From Candidatus Omnitrophota bacterium (GTDB taxonomy: Bacteria; Omnitrophota; Gorgyraeia; Duberdicusellales; 4484-171), in NCBI GenBank assembly GCA_018818105.1, contig JAHISK010000055.1, forward strand, positions 4,781-68,780: 64,000 nucleotides of DNA, read 5' to 3'. A model generated the notes under the pieces. That model saw only the letters and a program-made list of their open reading frames with translations, searched no databases and was not told the origin of the DNA. The position numbers and the translations under genes are program-made. Numbering within the stretch: the first letter of the stretch is position 1; the number at the start of each line of letters is the position of its first letter. Of this stretch, positions 1 through 15,000 are shown one piece after another.

Positions 1-3000
1 TTTCCTCCCTTGCTGTCATCGACATAATCCTGAGCCTGCGCGCTGCCGGCTAACATCCATTTAGCGTCTTGGTCAGGAACAACAATTAAAGCGGAAGGAT
101 TAAACTGTTTTAACGCGTAAGGAAGCGCGTCATAGGGAAGGTTTGCCTTTATCATCGCCTGAGTCGCGGCGTCAAAATGAAAAATCATTTCTTCTGACTT
201 AACGTCATATTCATATTTAGTAACACCTAAAGAATAAATTTTCTTATCGAAATTAACTGAAAGGTTAGCAAAAACAGGATGCGTTCGCATGAACGTTTGC
301 GCGAATTCTTTTTCGTTGGCTAAATTATCTTCGTGAGATTGTCCTAAATAAGCGCCAAACTCATGAATAAAAGAAAGGGATAATTGGAAGGGATTTTCTG
401 TTTCTTTTTCGTTGATAAACCATCCTTTACCGGGGATAAACGCGGAATGTAAATACTCAGACGGTCCCGCTCGTGTTTTACCGCTACGGCTTACATATTC
501 CAAGAAACTACTTACTTCGTTATGAGAATATTTAGTTAACAACCAATCTATCGCTAGCGTAAAATTCTTATTAATCTCATTAAAATCTACGATTTTTAAT
601 GAACTCCATTGGCTTGCCTTAGTATTGGCTTCTTTCTCAGCTACATTAAGCGCGACTCCCGGCATCGCCCGATTATAATCTATTGCCCTACCCATATATC
701 TCGATTCTGAAGCTGAAACATTTTCTATCCATTCTTGGTTCACTTCATAAACATTTTCTATCCATTCTTGGTTCACTTCATAAACATTTTCTATCCATTC
801 TTGGTTCACTTCATAATTATCTAATTCATTCTGCCAATACTCAACTTCTTCTTCCACCACCTCTGTTTCCGGTAAAACATTCCTGATGCCAATATTCTCT
901 TTCCTACTTCTCTCTTCCCTAAACTTATCCCCCATAATATTACGCAACCTGGAATAAATATAGGCCTGCCAATAATTTACCGGCTCAAAAGATACCGCGG
1001 CTTGAGCGTCCAACATAAACTCAACACTATCAATACCCTCATCAGAACAAAATATTATCCGGCCATGGCTGGCGCCAACACCTTTATGGCTATTACTGTT
1101 AAAGACTTCATTTAAATATGGAACTTCTTCCCAATCATTCTTTGAAACATCACTCCTATTACATTTGATTCGTATCAGCCCGCGTTCACTGTTATTCAAT
1201 TTAATATCGCTATCTGTTTTTATCTCATCCTTCAATACCTTAGAAATCAGCATATCCACAGCTATTTTTCTATTACTAGTTTCTAAGTATAATTCTGCTA
1301 CTTCCAAATCCCAAGAAACAGATTCTAGCGCTTCTCCATCTTGAAGAGTAGGTTTATAACTTATAGGATTTTGATGATCTTTATATACAAGAAAACCATC
1401 CTGACCCAATGAAAAAGATAATCGTCCTAAATATTTTTCGTCATCATAATATATTTTATAACACGCTACGCCTAAATCACAATCAACCTGCATAACTCCT
1501 ATGACATTTCTCCTATTATCCGCCTCAACATCAACGTCATCCTCCGCATCCTCTAAAGGTTTTCTTATCACACTACTGGCGCCTAAATTTATAATTATAT
1601 CCTCTGTATTAGTATATCCATAAACTTTTGCCCCAACGACAACCACATTTATTAACTCATCCCCATTGGAAACATTATACCTCTGAGGCGATGACATATA
1701 TTTCTCAATCTCAATCCATCCGTCTGGGCCTAGCTTATAATTAACATCCGCGTATACTCCTTTCTGGGAAATCATCTCCGAACATACACCAGACATATCC
1801 CGATTATCATAATCTGCCAACTTTACAGCTTCTCCCGGCCCCGCTTCGGCGCTACCAACAAAACTAAAAGCCCAATTAATAATACTCGCGATCTTCCCTA
1901 ATACCGAATTGGCCTTAGATTGTTTTTCCTCTTTCTCTCCAGCAAACACGCCTAACTTATAAAGCGCTTCTTCCTGAGAAACGACTCTAACCGCGTTACA
2001 CTTAACGCTGTTCCACATATTATCGTTATCACCATCTACCCTCATAAAATCTTCGGCTGTCCGTCCTTTTCTCTGGCTTAACATACTCATCGCGGCAGAA
2101 GGCCCATTATAAAAAGCATACGTCCAGAAATCTCTCTCTATCGCTGACATCCTTGAAACTTGCCCTTTACCTAAAATACGCTCAGCGTTTTTAACAAACT
2201 TCTCTCCTCTATAAACTAAAAACGCCGCTAAAATATCCAACGCTTCCTGCCCTGTCTTAAACTGCGACCCAGGTATATCTTTTGTGACCTGAACATCCTT
2301 ATCCAATAATCCTACAGCTTTAACTTCCCCTAACTCAACTTGAATGCTATCCAACCAATGATGCATACCGATCATATCGCTAATTTCGGCCCAATATTCG
2401 TTTTTATCGGCGAACTTATAATATCCTTTGGTATTCATACGCAGCCCAAACCCTTCACCTATCGCCGCTGAATAAAGAAACGCCGGCGATATTCTAGTCT
2501 CAAACCCTAACTTCTGAGATCTCTCATTAATTTTATCAGCGGCGTTAATAACCCATTGCGCCACGGCAAGTTCTTTAGGAGAATCTATCCATCCAAAAAT
2601 CTTTCTTACGCGATAATTATAAGAATCGCCTAACTCTTCATATATACGGCTGACTACTAAAGGACTATTTTCTGACAAACAAACCAGCACAGATTCAATA
2701 TTATTCAACAACGTAATTCTTTGCCCTCTTGAGACAATTTCTCGCGCGCTTATAACACCTTTACTTAATAACGTTTTTTTCCAGTCACTAACATTTTGTT
2801 TGTAAACTTTTAATAATTTCGCGACTGCTTCTTCACTCAACTGCTTAGCCAACTCCGGCCTAGCCTCAACTGTTCGCGCTAAAGATAAATATACTTGGTT
2901 GCTGCCATCTTCTAATACAGCTCTGTCGAGAAGACTAATCACCTGATCTTGACCATGTTTATCTATTAAATTATTCACGTCGGCGTTATCGTTTCTGTAC

Positions 3001-6000
3001 TCTTCGAATTCTTTCAATAATCCCTCTATTGTAGGTATGCCGACTTTTTCATCTCCCTGTTTTAAAAAGACTACTTTTTCAATATTAACCTGACAATCCA
3101 AATCTTCAATCATTGCTTTCCTTCCCTCTTCAATACCTAAATAAGCGCCTCTTGATAAAGAGTCATCGCCAATACCTAACCCAATATGGACTACCCGAGA
3201 TTTATCAAAATCAAACAAGCGATAGATATCTAATTTCTTAAGATCAAAAACAAAACAATCACCTTCCAACTCCCCCTTAACACTGGCAGCAACAATATCA
3301 AACCTATTCCACTTATCATCAAAAAACATAAGCCGCGCGCGAGGAATGCCTAACTTATCCTTTTCGCTATTAAACTTAACATACACTTTCACGAATTCAT
3401 CACCTGATATATCAATAGGGCTCTTTAACGACATCACGACACTTGCCCACCCTAAAGATTCTCTACCTAAAGTTATAGGAAATACATTTTCAGATACTTT
3501 TTCTTTTGCTGACCCATAAAATCCTACGTGGTTAATATCTTCAGAGGAAATCATTCTTTGTTTCTTATCTTTTCCTTTAAATAAACCTGCCGCTACACTA
3601 CTAATAAAACATGTCGGCATCCTATCTTTAAAGGAATCCCATAAAACGCCTACGGTACAATCGCCTGAATCATCTTTTACTGGCTGATTGGGCAATGAAA
3701 CGCCCCCCTTCTCCCTTATTGATACATACTGACTTTTCCATACCGCAAAAGATTTCTCTTCGATTTTTAATCGTTCATCAACACCGGCTATCATTGATTC
3801 TATTTCCGACAGCCACTCAGAAGGAACTTCCTTTTTTCTTCTCTCAAGCCTTGACTTTAATTGTCTTAAATTATTACAATTCTGCCCAAACGATAACTGC
3901 TCCATATACGCCCGCCGCAAAGCCGAATTACCAATATATTTATCTTCCATCACTCTATCTTTAATAGCAAACCATACGTTGCCGCCAAACTCATGACCTA
4001 AAGCGGACATTAAATATTCGAATTTATCTTCAGCGAAAATTGATTGATCCAGTAAAACAATAATTAATTTACCCTTAACATCTCGCCCTTGACCTAACCG
4101 CGCTCCCCCTATAGTCAAAGCGTCTATATACTCATAAGAAACTCCCGGATCTAAAATTCTCATCACTTCTTTCATATCGCAAGCAAGAAAAGTTATTTTG
4201 GCCTTAGCATCGATCGCTTCTTTAAGTGTATTGCCGGAAATATCCTCGACGTCTTCTACTCCATTTGTATTTTTTATATTTTCTCCAGCAATTTCATCCC
4301 ATATCGCGAAAGCTTCATGAAGACTGCTTTTTTCCGGCCCAGATAAATCTCTCGTAATTTTTAATACTTCTTGCAACTGAGTAAGTTCAAAAGAGTTGAC
4401 AACTTTACTTTCCGGCTGAGCATGAGTTGAAAAATAAAAACTTCCGGACTCAACCTTATTTGGGGAGGTTGGAATGGTGAGCCCGGAAATATTAATCGGC
4501 TTTCTGCTGTCTGCTGTCTGCTCTCTGCTGCTATTATTCGTATTTATTTCTTGCTGAGAGCTGATAGCTGACGACTGACAGCTATTATTACTAACTCCAG
4601 ACCCGTCCCCATAACGAGTACCACTTGGGAAAGTGGTAGATGTACCGTTACCAAAGGTAACGGGCCCGGAAATATTTCCATTATTACCTGTCTGTATATC
4701 TGAAACCTGATTATCTATTAAACCTTGTTCCAAACCCGCAGTGGAACATAGGTCAGTGGAACATGGGTTTGCGAGAATATTAGGCCACCCGTACCCGCCG
4801 CCCATATTCCCTGAATAATCATACACTCTTGACAAATCTAAAATAACATGGTACACTTGTGGCAATAACAAAAAGGAGAGTAAATTATGACCGTTATAGC
4901 CCTTCCCAAAATCCTTCGTGAGAAACTCACCGATGCCGGAGCCGATGCTTTCGTTGAAATCCTCGATAAGGTTGAAGAACGCAACCAAAAAGTTACGTTG
5001 GAAATCGCTGAGGAGCGGTTTGAAAGACGGATCGCAGATTTGAGAACTGAAATTGCCGGGACCAAAGCTGAACTTATCAAATGGATGTTCATCTTTTGGA
5101 TTGGGCAGATTGGCGTTACTACGGCTATTTTTTTCACCTTCCTTAAACGGATCTGAATTCATCTTATCCTCGCCGGAAATCATCCATTCTAACGCCGCCA
5201 AACTCTCTAATTTCAATATTTTGTTCGTTATCTCTTTGTCATATCCCGCTAAAAACGCCATCCGCACTTCTCTTGCTTCAAGATGAGGTTTTCCAGTTTT
5301 TTCCAAATACTCCTCCAAAATCACCGCCGCTAAAACAACCGGCAGTTCTTCGCCTGAAAAATTCTGCTTTAAATATTCAACTACCGCCGGCGAACAACAG
5401 ATAATTAATTTATCCGGCTGAGAAGAATCATCTACGCGGTTAATAAATAGCTGAACCCCAGCAACGGTGCCGTATCTGAATTCTATATCTTCAGGAACCA
5501 AACCATACTTAGTTAACAATCCAACCGCTTTCTCTTTATTATTATTAAATTCCGTGATAGGATCACCCGACGTAACTTCCCAATTAACCCTGAAAAAGCT
5601 GTTGTCTTTTTTATAAAAACAATCTATCGGCCAATACAGAATACTGCTAATCTCATCGGGAGAAACCATCAGATAAGAAACAGGACTGTATATCCGCTCA
5701 ATAATATTCATCTCTTTATATGCCTTGGGAACAGACAGCATAAAACCATTGAGCCTCAAACGATAAGTAATAAGAAGCTGCCTTAAAAAGTCTCCAAATT
5801 TCATATTGGGATATCCCCTGACAATATCTACAGCGGAATCAGAAAAAGTATTTTCATCTATAGGATGACTTTCTATCCATTCGAGCTGGGCAAAAGCTGT
5901 TTCATATTTTCCCGTAACCATAGAATTTCCCTCTTTCGCCACACTATACATTCCATACAAAGAGACTTTCTCCCAAGCTTCTATGATAATTTGATTTTCG

Positions 6001-9000
6001 ATTAATTTAAAAATGTTTAAATTGTGAATAACTTGCCTAGCTACTCTCTCTGCGACAAATTCATGAATAGCATCATCCACATGACAAGAAATAAATGAGT
6101 GGGCCTGCTCATGGCTCAATAAAGCGATAAAAATACCCTTTGATAACTCGTCATATTCCTCGATAGACAAACCTGCCTCAACAGCAAATTTTTGCATAAA
6201 ATTAATATATACTTGTATTGCGCCAATGCCCATTTCAAAAAGATGATTTATCTCATAAGAATCACTAAAATGAGAAAATAATAATATTCTATCTACCAAC
6301 GCCGTATATTCTTCTTTACTAAAACGAAAAGTTAAATTCTGATAAAATAATAAGACGGCTAATTGATAAATCTTATATTCTTTTTCTGCGAAAGGACTTT
6401 TTATTAAATTATCTAAACTTGGCATATGGCTTAATATCTCCTGAGCTTTATCTAATCCGGGTATTCCTAAATTATCAAAAATATTGTCTATATCCATCAG
6501 GTAAGCATAACATTCCTCTATTCCTTTTATATCCGCCGCTATATCTCTAATTATTTGTCTATCTTTCTCAACTTCCGCGTAGAAAATGTTAATAAACGCG
6601 CCAAACCCATATTTCTCAATAACATTAAGCACTCTTTTCTTTCCAAAGGGATATCTCTCAAATAATTCCTCAAACTTATCCCTAAATTTGTCAAAATCGA
6701 GCAAAACTACAATATATGTCTTAACATCTTTTTCCCACGCGCTATCCACAATATCTCTACCTAAAATTTTCTCTAAAGAACCTATAGCGCTACCTGCCGT
6801 TTCCAAAAATTCATCAACAAACTTCATTAAATCCACGCCAATAATTTCAACTACCTGAGCAAAGTTTTCCAAAAACACACAAGCCTTATCTAAATCCTTG
6901 AATAACTCTACTAATAAACCAAATCTATTTACCCCTATTTGCTTAATTAAACTTGCTGGAATCTTCTTATCTGAAGTTTCTATCCACGGCAACCTGATTT
7001 CTGGCGGCACTATCCCCCTGGGGCCATTTCTGACATTCCCATATTTTGCTAAATATTCTCCAATAGAATTAGGACTTCTGACATCTGACATATATTTTAC
7101 AATATATAATTTACCATCTATATCAATTGCAAAATTTGTTTCCTTTGTTGTTTCAACATAATACTCTATTTTCGACTCATTACTAAAATATTTCCCTCCG
7201 GAAACCTCCATAGCCTTTACAGGCTGCACATCTTCTCCAAAAGAATTACTTAAAACCAAAGTAACGACCCCATTGGAATCCACCCCTAACACAGCGTATA
7301 TCGGCATTAAAACAACATTGGGGTTCATACTTAAATAATCCCTCATCGCTTTACTTACAACAACAAATAAATCTTCTCCTTTTACAGGAGCAGATTCAAA
7401 TTTTAAAACATTGGCTATTATATAGGAAAGGAAAGATATTCTATTAACCGCATTTGAGGATACGATATTATCATTTTCATGGGAAGGAAGAATAAAAACA
7501 TTGGCAAATTCTCTACTCTGTTGACTATCAACTTTTGTACATAGACTATTCCCCGGAGGTCCATTAATAAATAAACCTGCCATTATTTTTTGTAATTTTT
7601 CATAAACAATATCTAAATTATCAATTAATACCTTTTGGTTCTCTGAATACACCTTATCTAATAAAACAAAAATAACCGGATTACCTCCCACTCCTTTTAT
7701 CGTTTCACCATTCACTGCTATCGCTGGTAAATTTTGAGGAATCCGCGAAACAGCCGCTCCACCTAACAACGCCACTACTACTATTTTATCTTGAATAAAA
7801 GGGATTTTCTTACTTCCAACACTACCATCCACCGAATTAGCGGCTACATCATCTTGATCTGCTTCTAAGTTCCCTGCTCCTTCAACACTTAAAACACCCT
7901 TACTTATTGAATCAACAAATTTAGCTAACTTCCCAGGGTTTTCCGTTTGAAAACCACTAATTGCTATTGTCTTACCATTACAGCTAACATCATTAGTACC
8001 TTGTGGAAATTCCAGGCTCCCGGCCCATATAATAAGGGGCTTATTATTGGGGTTTTCTTGGGGTTTTGAGCTTAAGAGCCCGGAATTATCACAAGAATCA
8101 TCTAACTTATTTAAAAAACAAATAATCGCGCAAACTGCCTTATTAATCATCTGATTATTATCCGTAGATACCATTGCTTTTACTAACTCTTGCGCTAACA
8201 TCGTCGACATTATCTCATTCTCATTTTCACTGCTATTTTTTTCATCTTTATTTTCCGTTTTATTCGACGTGTTTTTCCCAACTAAATTTTCTTTAGATGA
8301 ATCACCATTCCTATCCTTAGAAGAATAATCTGAATAAACACTTTCGCGAAAAGAAGATCCCGCTAATAGTTTATAGAATCTCCCCATTTTTTCACCAAAA
8401 ATAACCAAAGAACATATCGACTGACCTTTATCATTCTCAATAACTGTATTCACATCAAACTTATAATCTCCTTTACGGCTCAATAATACAGCATTTAAAA
8501 CTCTTTTTAAAATTTTAAGATCTTCTTTTTTATCATTCTTCGGAACATTAACTGAAACTGTTTTTGCTTTTTCTTGTTTAACAGAGTCCGTTGTTTCAAC
8601 CTCATCAAAACCATCAACAATTTTATTCGTATCATTTACTAACTGTTCAAAATCATCAATTAATTCATCCCCATCAGAAACACTATATCCAATCATCATA
8701 TTAATATTCTGTACCGCTATTTCTACTAAATAGCCCACAACTATATCTCCAAATGAACCCTGATCTACCACCTGACTAACATGGTAAGTAATTTCTGAAT
8801 CCTGGCCGCCAAAAATACTATCAATATAAGCGACTATACTTTCTAAATAAGTATCACCATTAACTCCCTCTAATTTATTTAAATTATTTATCGCCCAATT
8901 TGTTATATCTCCAATATCGCTACTATCATTAATAGAAGGCAAATCACTCTCTATGCTATTTGGACCTATTACTTGAGTTGTGCCCCTCATTTTCGACGGT

Positions 9001-12000
9001 AAAAAATTAACAACCGGTATCAACAACGGTATTTCTACCCTCGCATCAGATTCTTCATCATTTTCATTATACCCCTTCTGAGGGTTACCATTTAGCAATT
9101 CGTTTATTCTATTATCCGGATCATCCTCTTTATCATTAACCCCATCATCTATTTTTCTTCCTCTTACATTTGCCATAGCCTCCTCATCAAGGTTTTCCGC
9201 TTTACCTCTAACCGCAATTTCTTTATCCTTACTTATTAACGCGTTACCTGTCCAAAGTTCTAAAAACTTATCAAACTCAACTATTTTAGTTTTTCCGTTA
9301 TCTAAATATATAACGTTGCCTTCACTATCTACCCCTAAAAAAGTCACAAAGTGATCATCAAAATGAGCGATAAACGGCCCAATTTCTACTAAGACAGCTA
9401 ATAACTCTTGTTTTTGTTCCGTGGTAAGATTTTCTGTATTAAACTTTTTGCCGGAAAGGTCTATTCCCAACTCTTTAGCGGCGTTAAACATGCCTAACAT
9501 AGATATAGAAAACGACACTTGGCCATCTTCACCAACAACCTCTTCTGTAAACTCTAAAAGTAAATCAACTAAAACAGCCGGTAATTGGTCAGCGCTAACG
9601 CCTAAATCGCCGCCATTAATAATAAGGAAAGCGGATAAGGCGTTTACAGCGCAGTTATATCTCTTATCACCGACTTCGATTTTAAGCGTACGGCTAAGTT
9701 TTATATAATCCAACTGCGCGGCAATTGCTTGCGATTCTGTAGGTTGAGATTCATGAATGAAAAGTAAAACTATAAACTCATCTATTTCTTCCCGCTTATA
9801 TCCCGCGGCGTCAAGAACTTCTCGAATTTGTGACATATCTATATTAAAAACAATACGCCCCTCTTCTGTACGATAAAACGGAGGCGAGTTATTGCTAAGC
9901 CCTGTGTTATAATAATACTCTTCTAACGCCGCCAGCATTGTGCACCAATCTAATAATACTACCTTTGATTCATAATCCGGGTCATCTATCGCCACTATCC
10001 CAATTTGGTCTCTTATCTTTTGCGAATCAGCTAAATGCGCGATTGCCCCCTCTTCTTCAGGTATAAAAGCCACATTATCCGGTACGGGAACTGTTAAATC
10101 CGTATCTTTAGGCAGACGCGGATTAGAATCTTTATCAAACATAGCCGCGACCAATTCCCCTCCTTTACTTAATCCCGCGACAACCGCGGTTAACGGAGAA
10201 AGTATACGCATTAACAACGACGCTTTATACGCTGGGCCATAATTAATGTAATCGCCAGCCGCCTGCATTTGTACAGAAGTAAATACACCCATGCCCTGTT
10301 TATACCCTGTTACTACTTCTAAATGCTTATAAAACAATCCTTCCCATATATCTAAAATCTCTTCTTTATCAAAAATACCTTCAGCAGATAATTTATCGTT
10401 TAACTCAGCCGGTCCGCTAAATTTGTTCCATCTACCTGCACCTTGACTGCTGTCTGAAGCGTCTAAAACAATCACGCCGCAAGCGCAAAGCTGTTCCCAC
10501 TGACCTCTTTTGATAAAATAATCCCTGGAAACAAACATGTTTTCCGTAACAACGTCAGCTATAGTTTTTAAAGTAACTATACCTAAAATACTTTTCAGCC
10601 GCGGATTACTCTTAATATTTTTATTAACTAATTGTTTAAGCTCGTTTGAAGCAGCCGCAATTCTTTCCTGGCTTTCAGGGGAAATACCGCCGGAAACCAA
10701 TGAACTCGAAAACTCGGTCTTAATCACAAAAGAATAATATAATATCGCGAAGTAAGGCGCGATCTTTTCTCTAATATCATAACTAAGTTCTGGGAACAAC
10801 TTCTCATCGCCTAAAGCAGTGGCCAAATTAAAATGTTTACCGTCTCTCTCTGCTATCTGCCCTAATACCCCTACATAATTTTCAATATCACTTACCGCCA
10901 CAGTAGACACTCCTAACTCGCATAATTTATAAGCTATATCGGAAAACACATCCTGATATCCCTGATAAATACCTGTCATATTAGTTCCAAACTCTCTATT
11001 CTCAGGATATACGTCTGAATCCATCATATAAGCAACCACGCTTTGCCCCCAGGCGCTATACAGCTGCCGCGGTTCATATTCTTCTTCCGCCCTCTTATCC
11101 ATATCGATAGAATATTCAGGAATTGTCCTGCCAAACTGGCGAAGAACATCTCTCATCTGCGGAGTAATACCAGGAAATACTTCATTCACTGTCTTAATAA
11201 CTGGCTGCCCGCGATCATTCAAATCAACATAACAGGCATATTCAGTTTTATCAAAAATAATTGGCATTCCCCGCGGCGCGGGTTTTGCCAGAGCACCGGC
11301 GACATCAGTTTGAGATTGACTAACCGTCTCCGTAACTGAAATAGCCGACTTTAACCTCTCAACATCAGGCCGAGGTTCAACTATAGCAAACTCGCTTATA
11401 TCTCTTCCAAAAAAGACGTATGTCTTAATTGAACTATTTCTGGTATTCATCAACACGAAATCATCCGCGGCGGCAACTTTATCAATGACAATGATCTCAC
11501 CAAAACTAAACCTTACTTCTTCTTTACCGTCAATAGTCACTGTCTTCTTTAAAACTTCTCTAACTTCTAAATTACCCCTGCTGGTTTCACCGGTAACCTG
11601 CCACATTCTTGATACACTTAAATCCCCAGGATACTTACTGTATCCATAGGCAGCGTTAGATATAAGGCTTCCTATATTAATATTCTTTTCTAAATTCAAC
11701 TCGGGTCTTAAATATCTGCTGACAACAGTGATAATCGGGTTTTCTTCTTCCTGATAAAAATCATAATACCCGCTATCAAAATCAGGATGAGCAATTACAC
11801 CCGCCGGAACCCCTCCTTCCAACACAGCGCTTCCCGGCCCGGTAAGAACTGTCCCATCGCGTAAGGTCATAATAAAATTCATTACCCATCTTCTTAAAGC
11901 ATCAAGCCAATCTTCTCCAAAAAACCCAAAATAACTGCCTGTTCCCCGCTTCTTACTGCCATTCTGAGATAATAATAACCGCGTTGAATCATAATAACTG

Positions 12001-15000
12001 CTGCCGACAGTATAACTAGGATTATACGGCTGCCCCGCGCTCATTAAAATGCCGGTTTTTTCTGGCTTATTCTTACTATCTTTATCGTCAAAACTTTCCG
12101 CTAAATATCTTTCAAAATTACTATCTACAAACTTAAGCATCCCTTCAAAATCAATCCAAGCAACTCCTGAGGCCGGTTTAAACTCTTTTGACTCAACGGT
12201 TTTAACTACCAATTTACCTTCACTGTCCTCTGTTAAATAACTGGTTTGTCCGCCATTAATACCTAACACTAACACTTTGCGCCCATTTATCTCAACGTAT
12301 GTACCGCCAATAATACCTGCTATTTTATCCGCCGGTATTTTCTCCTTCACAGGTCCTTCCTTCCCCGCTCTAAAAATAGTAATACCATCATCATCCACAG
12401 ACACAACCGCCGCTTCTATTAATACACCATCCTGACTTATAATTAACCGTGCCGGATTCTGAGCAAGAACATTTCTCAATTTCTTCCCCGCGGTTTCACT
12501 TAAAGCGACCGCGCAATATGTACCGTCAATTTCTAAACTGCTGTTAAATGTATTTTTACCCCTAACTCTTTCTTTATAATTCCGCGCTGCTTGTTTTAAA
12601 TCTTGCGTTTTCTCACTACCATTAATATCCCTGTACACAAACTCAAACTTCGCCGTTTCCCAAAGACTCAAAATAGCGGCAACTTTATCCACGCTTAACT
12701 CACCCTGCCCAACAGCCGCTAACAAAACATCCGCGTCTCTTAACCTAGCAGTTAAATCCTCTCGCGTAAGAACACCGCTAATATTCCATAGAATAAACTC
12801 TTGACCGGCTTTCCCTTCAACCACTCTAACTACACCGCTATTAATTAACGCAGTTAATTCATTTTCTGTAATACTAGTTTTGTCGCAAAAATATTCTTTA
12901 TCATAATATTCAGCATTCACATCTATCACCGTGTTATTAAAAAATAAATCTAATCTTTTACCTTCACCGCTACGAGCCGGCGGCGGGTTGTATTTCCATT
13001 CACCATTATGGTAAGCCATTTCAAACAAGGCGGTAAACAATTCCTGACCGCTGCCGCCAATAGATGACGACGCTTTCACAAATCTGTATTGGCCAAAATT
13101 CGAAGAATTCGAATCAACATCTAACACAAACATCGGAGCCGTAATTCCTTCATCCACAGCAGATGAAATCAAACCGCGCCAAAATCTATTTTCCGGACGA
13201 TTTTTTCTTTCATTTTCACTCATCACCCCTTTATCATTCGTACCCCATTTATAATGAATTCCGTCAATAGTTTCTTCATTCACATACAAATCCGCGGCCG
13301 TAGGATCTTCTACCTCTGCCGCGCTAATAAGCCAATCTGTCAATAGAGTAGTACAATAACTCTGAAAGAAGTTAACAAATACATAGCCCAAGGTATCCTT
13401 TAAATATGTTTCCGTAATACTCGGCTTTTCATACCCTGCCATCTCAAGCTCAGCATTTTCTTTAACAAGGCTTTCACGATCTCTAAAAATAATTTCCTGA
13501 CCGTTATTATTAGAATCTATCTTAACCATCATATCATTAATTAACGCCTGAACTAAAACCATAGCAAATATGCGTAAAGCGTCATTATCCATTTCTTCGG
13601 CTAAATACATACCCGCGCCCTGCACTAAACCGGCTTGAATAATTTCTCCCCACAACTGGCTTAACTGCGCACCGTTTGCCGCCTGCATAGAAAGATTTCC
13701 GCCCGCAGGTCCAACACTGTAAGATATCCTCGCGAAAGCGTTAGAAAACCTTTCACTCCAAGGCCCTTCCGATACAGATAAACCAGCTTTTTCAGTTCCT
13801 TTCGGCGGTTTTTGATCATTATCAGTAGAAGCCAACATATAATTATTAACAGCCTCGATACACCACCTCAGGCCCCAAATGCCCATTCGTAACACTTGCG
13901 CCAGAGCCGCCGGTAAATAACTTAAATAAGCAAAATTACCCGCGTTGCTAACACAGGCTTTTACTATTTCATCTAAAAATTCAATTAGCTGAGTTAAAAT
14001 CTCGGCTATTCCATTAAGTATCTCTGAGACGATTTTATATACCCCATCAATAATTTCTCCTACAACAGGAATCATCCGTAATATAGTCATTGCTATAGTT
14101 ATAATCCAGCTATCGCCTGACTGATATATCGAATCCATAAACCCATCACCAAACGCTTCCCACATACTATCCGGTTTATCGTTTTCCTCTTCCAACCTAT
14201 GATCGTTACTGCCAGCCTCAACCGCATCTGAAGCGCTATCATTATCAAACTTATGCTGTATGTTATATGTCATAGCAGCTTTAGTTCCGGCAACCACCGC
14301 CGAAAACAGCGCCGCGCACAACGCCCCCACTAAAGCCGCCATCGGCGCCCCTAATGTTCCCGCGCTATAAATGGTAACTACCACCGCGATAACAATCGCG
14401 ACAATTATAATAATTATTGTCCATACCCACCACATAAGACCTTTATCAACATCAATGTTTTCCTCTTCATAATCAATCATATCTTTATCACTTTGAACAC
14501 GCGTAGTTTCAGCGCTGGAAGAAACAAATCCGCCTTCCAAATATGAAATAAACGATAACGGAAACAGCACAACACCAAGACAAAGGACTATCGCTGTCTC
14601 TGCTAAATCACCAATTATTTCTCCTAAATCACCGCCAATAAAATCTTCTACGGCTTCACCCAAATCATCAAAATCAACACCTAAAAACGTAGAGCTTGTC
14701 TCCTGATTCGAATAAGTATCAATCTCCTGACTGCAAATAGCTCCGCCTATATCCATAAAAGTCTCAGTTATTACATCCTGAACTTGAGTAGTAGTTTTCT
14801 TCGTAATACCTAAAAACCCGCTCTCTGTCTGTTTTCCATAATAATGGTTATGAGCATTCATCCACATAGCACAAAGAACAAGCGTGCCGAAGAAATACTT
14901 AAACTCCTGAACCGACTGATACCACAAATGATCATTAGACATACTTCCCGGACGGTAATACATCATCGTCTCAACCGCGGATTTACGCGGCCCGTTAAAC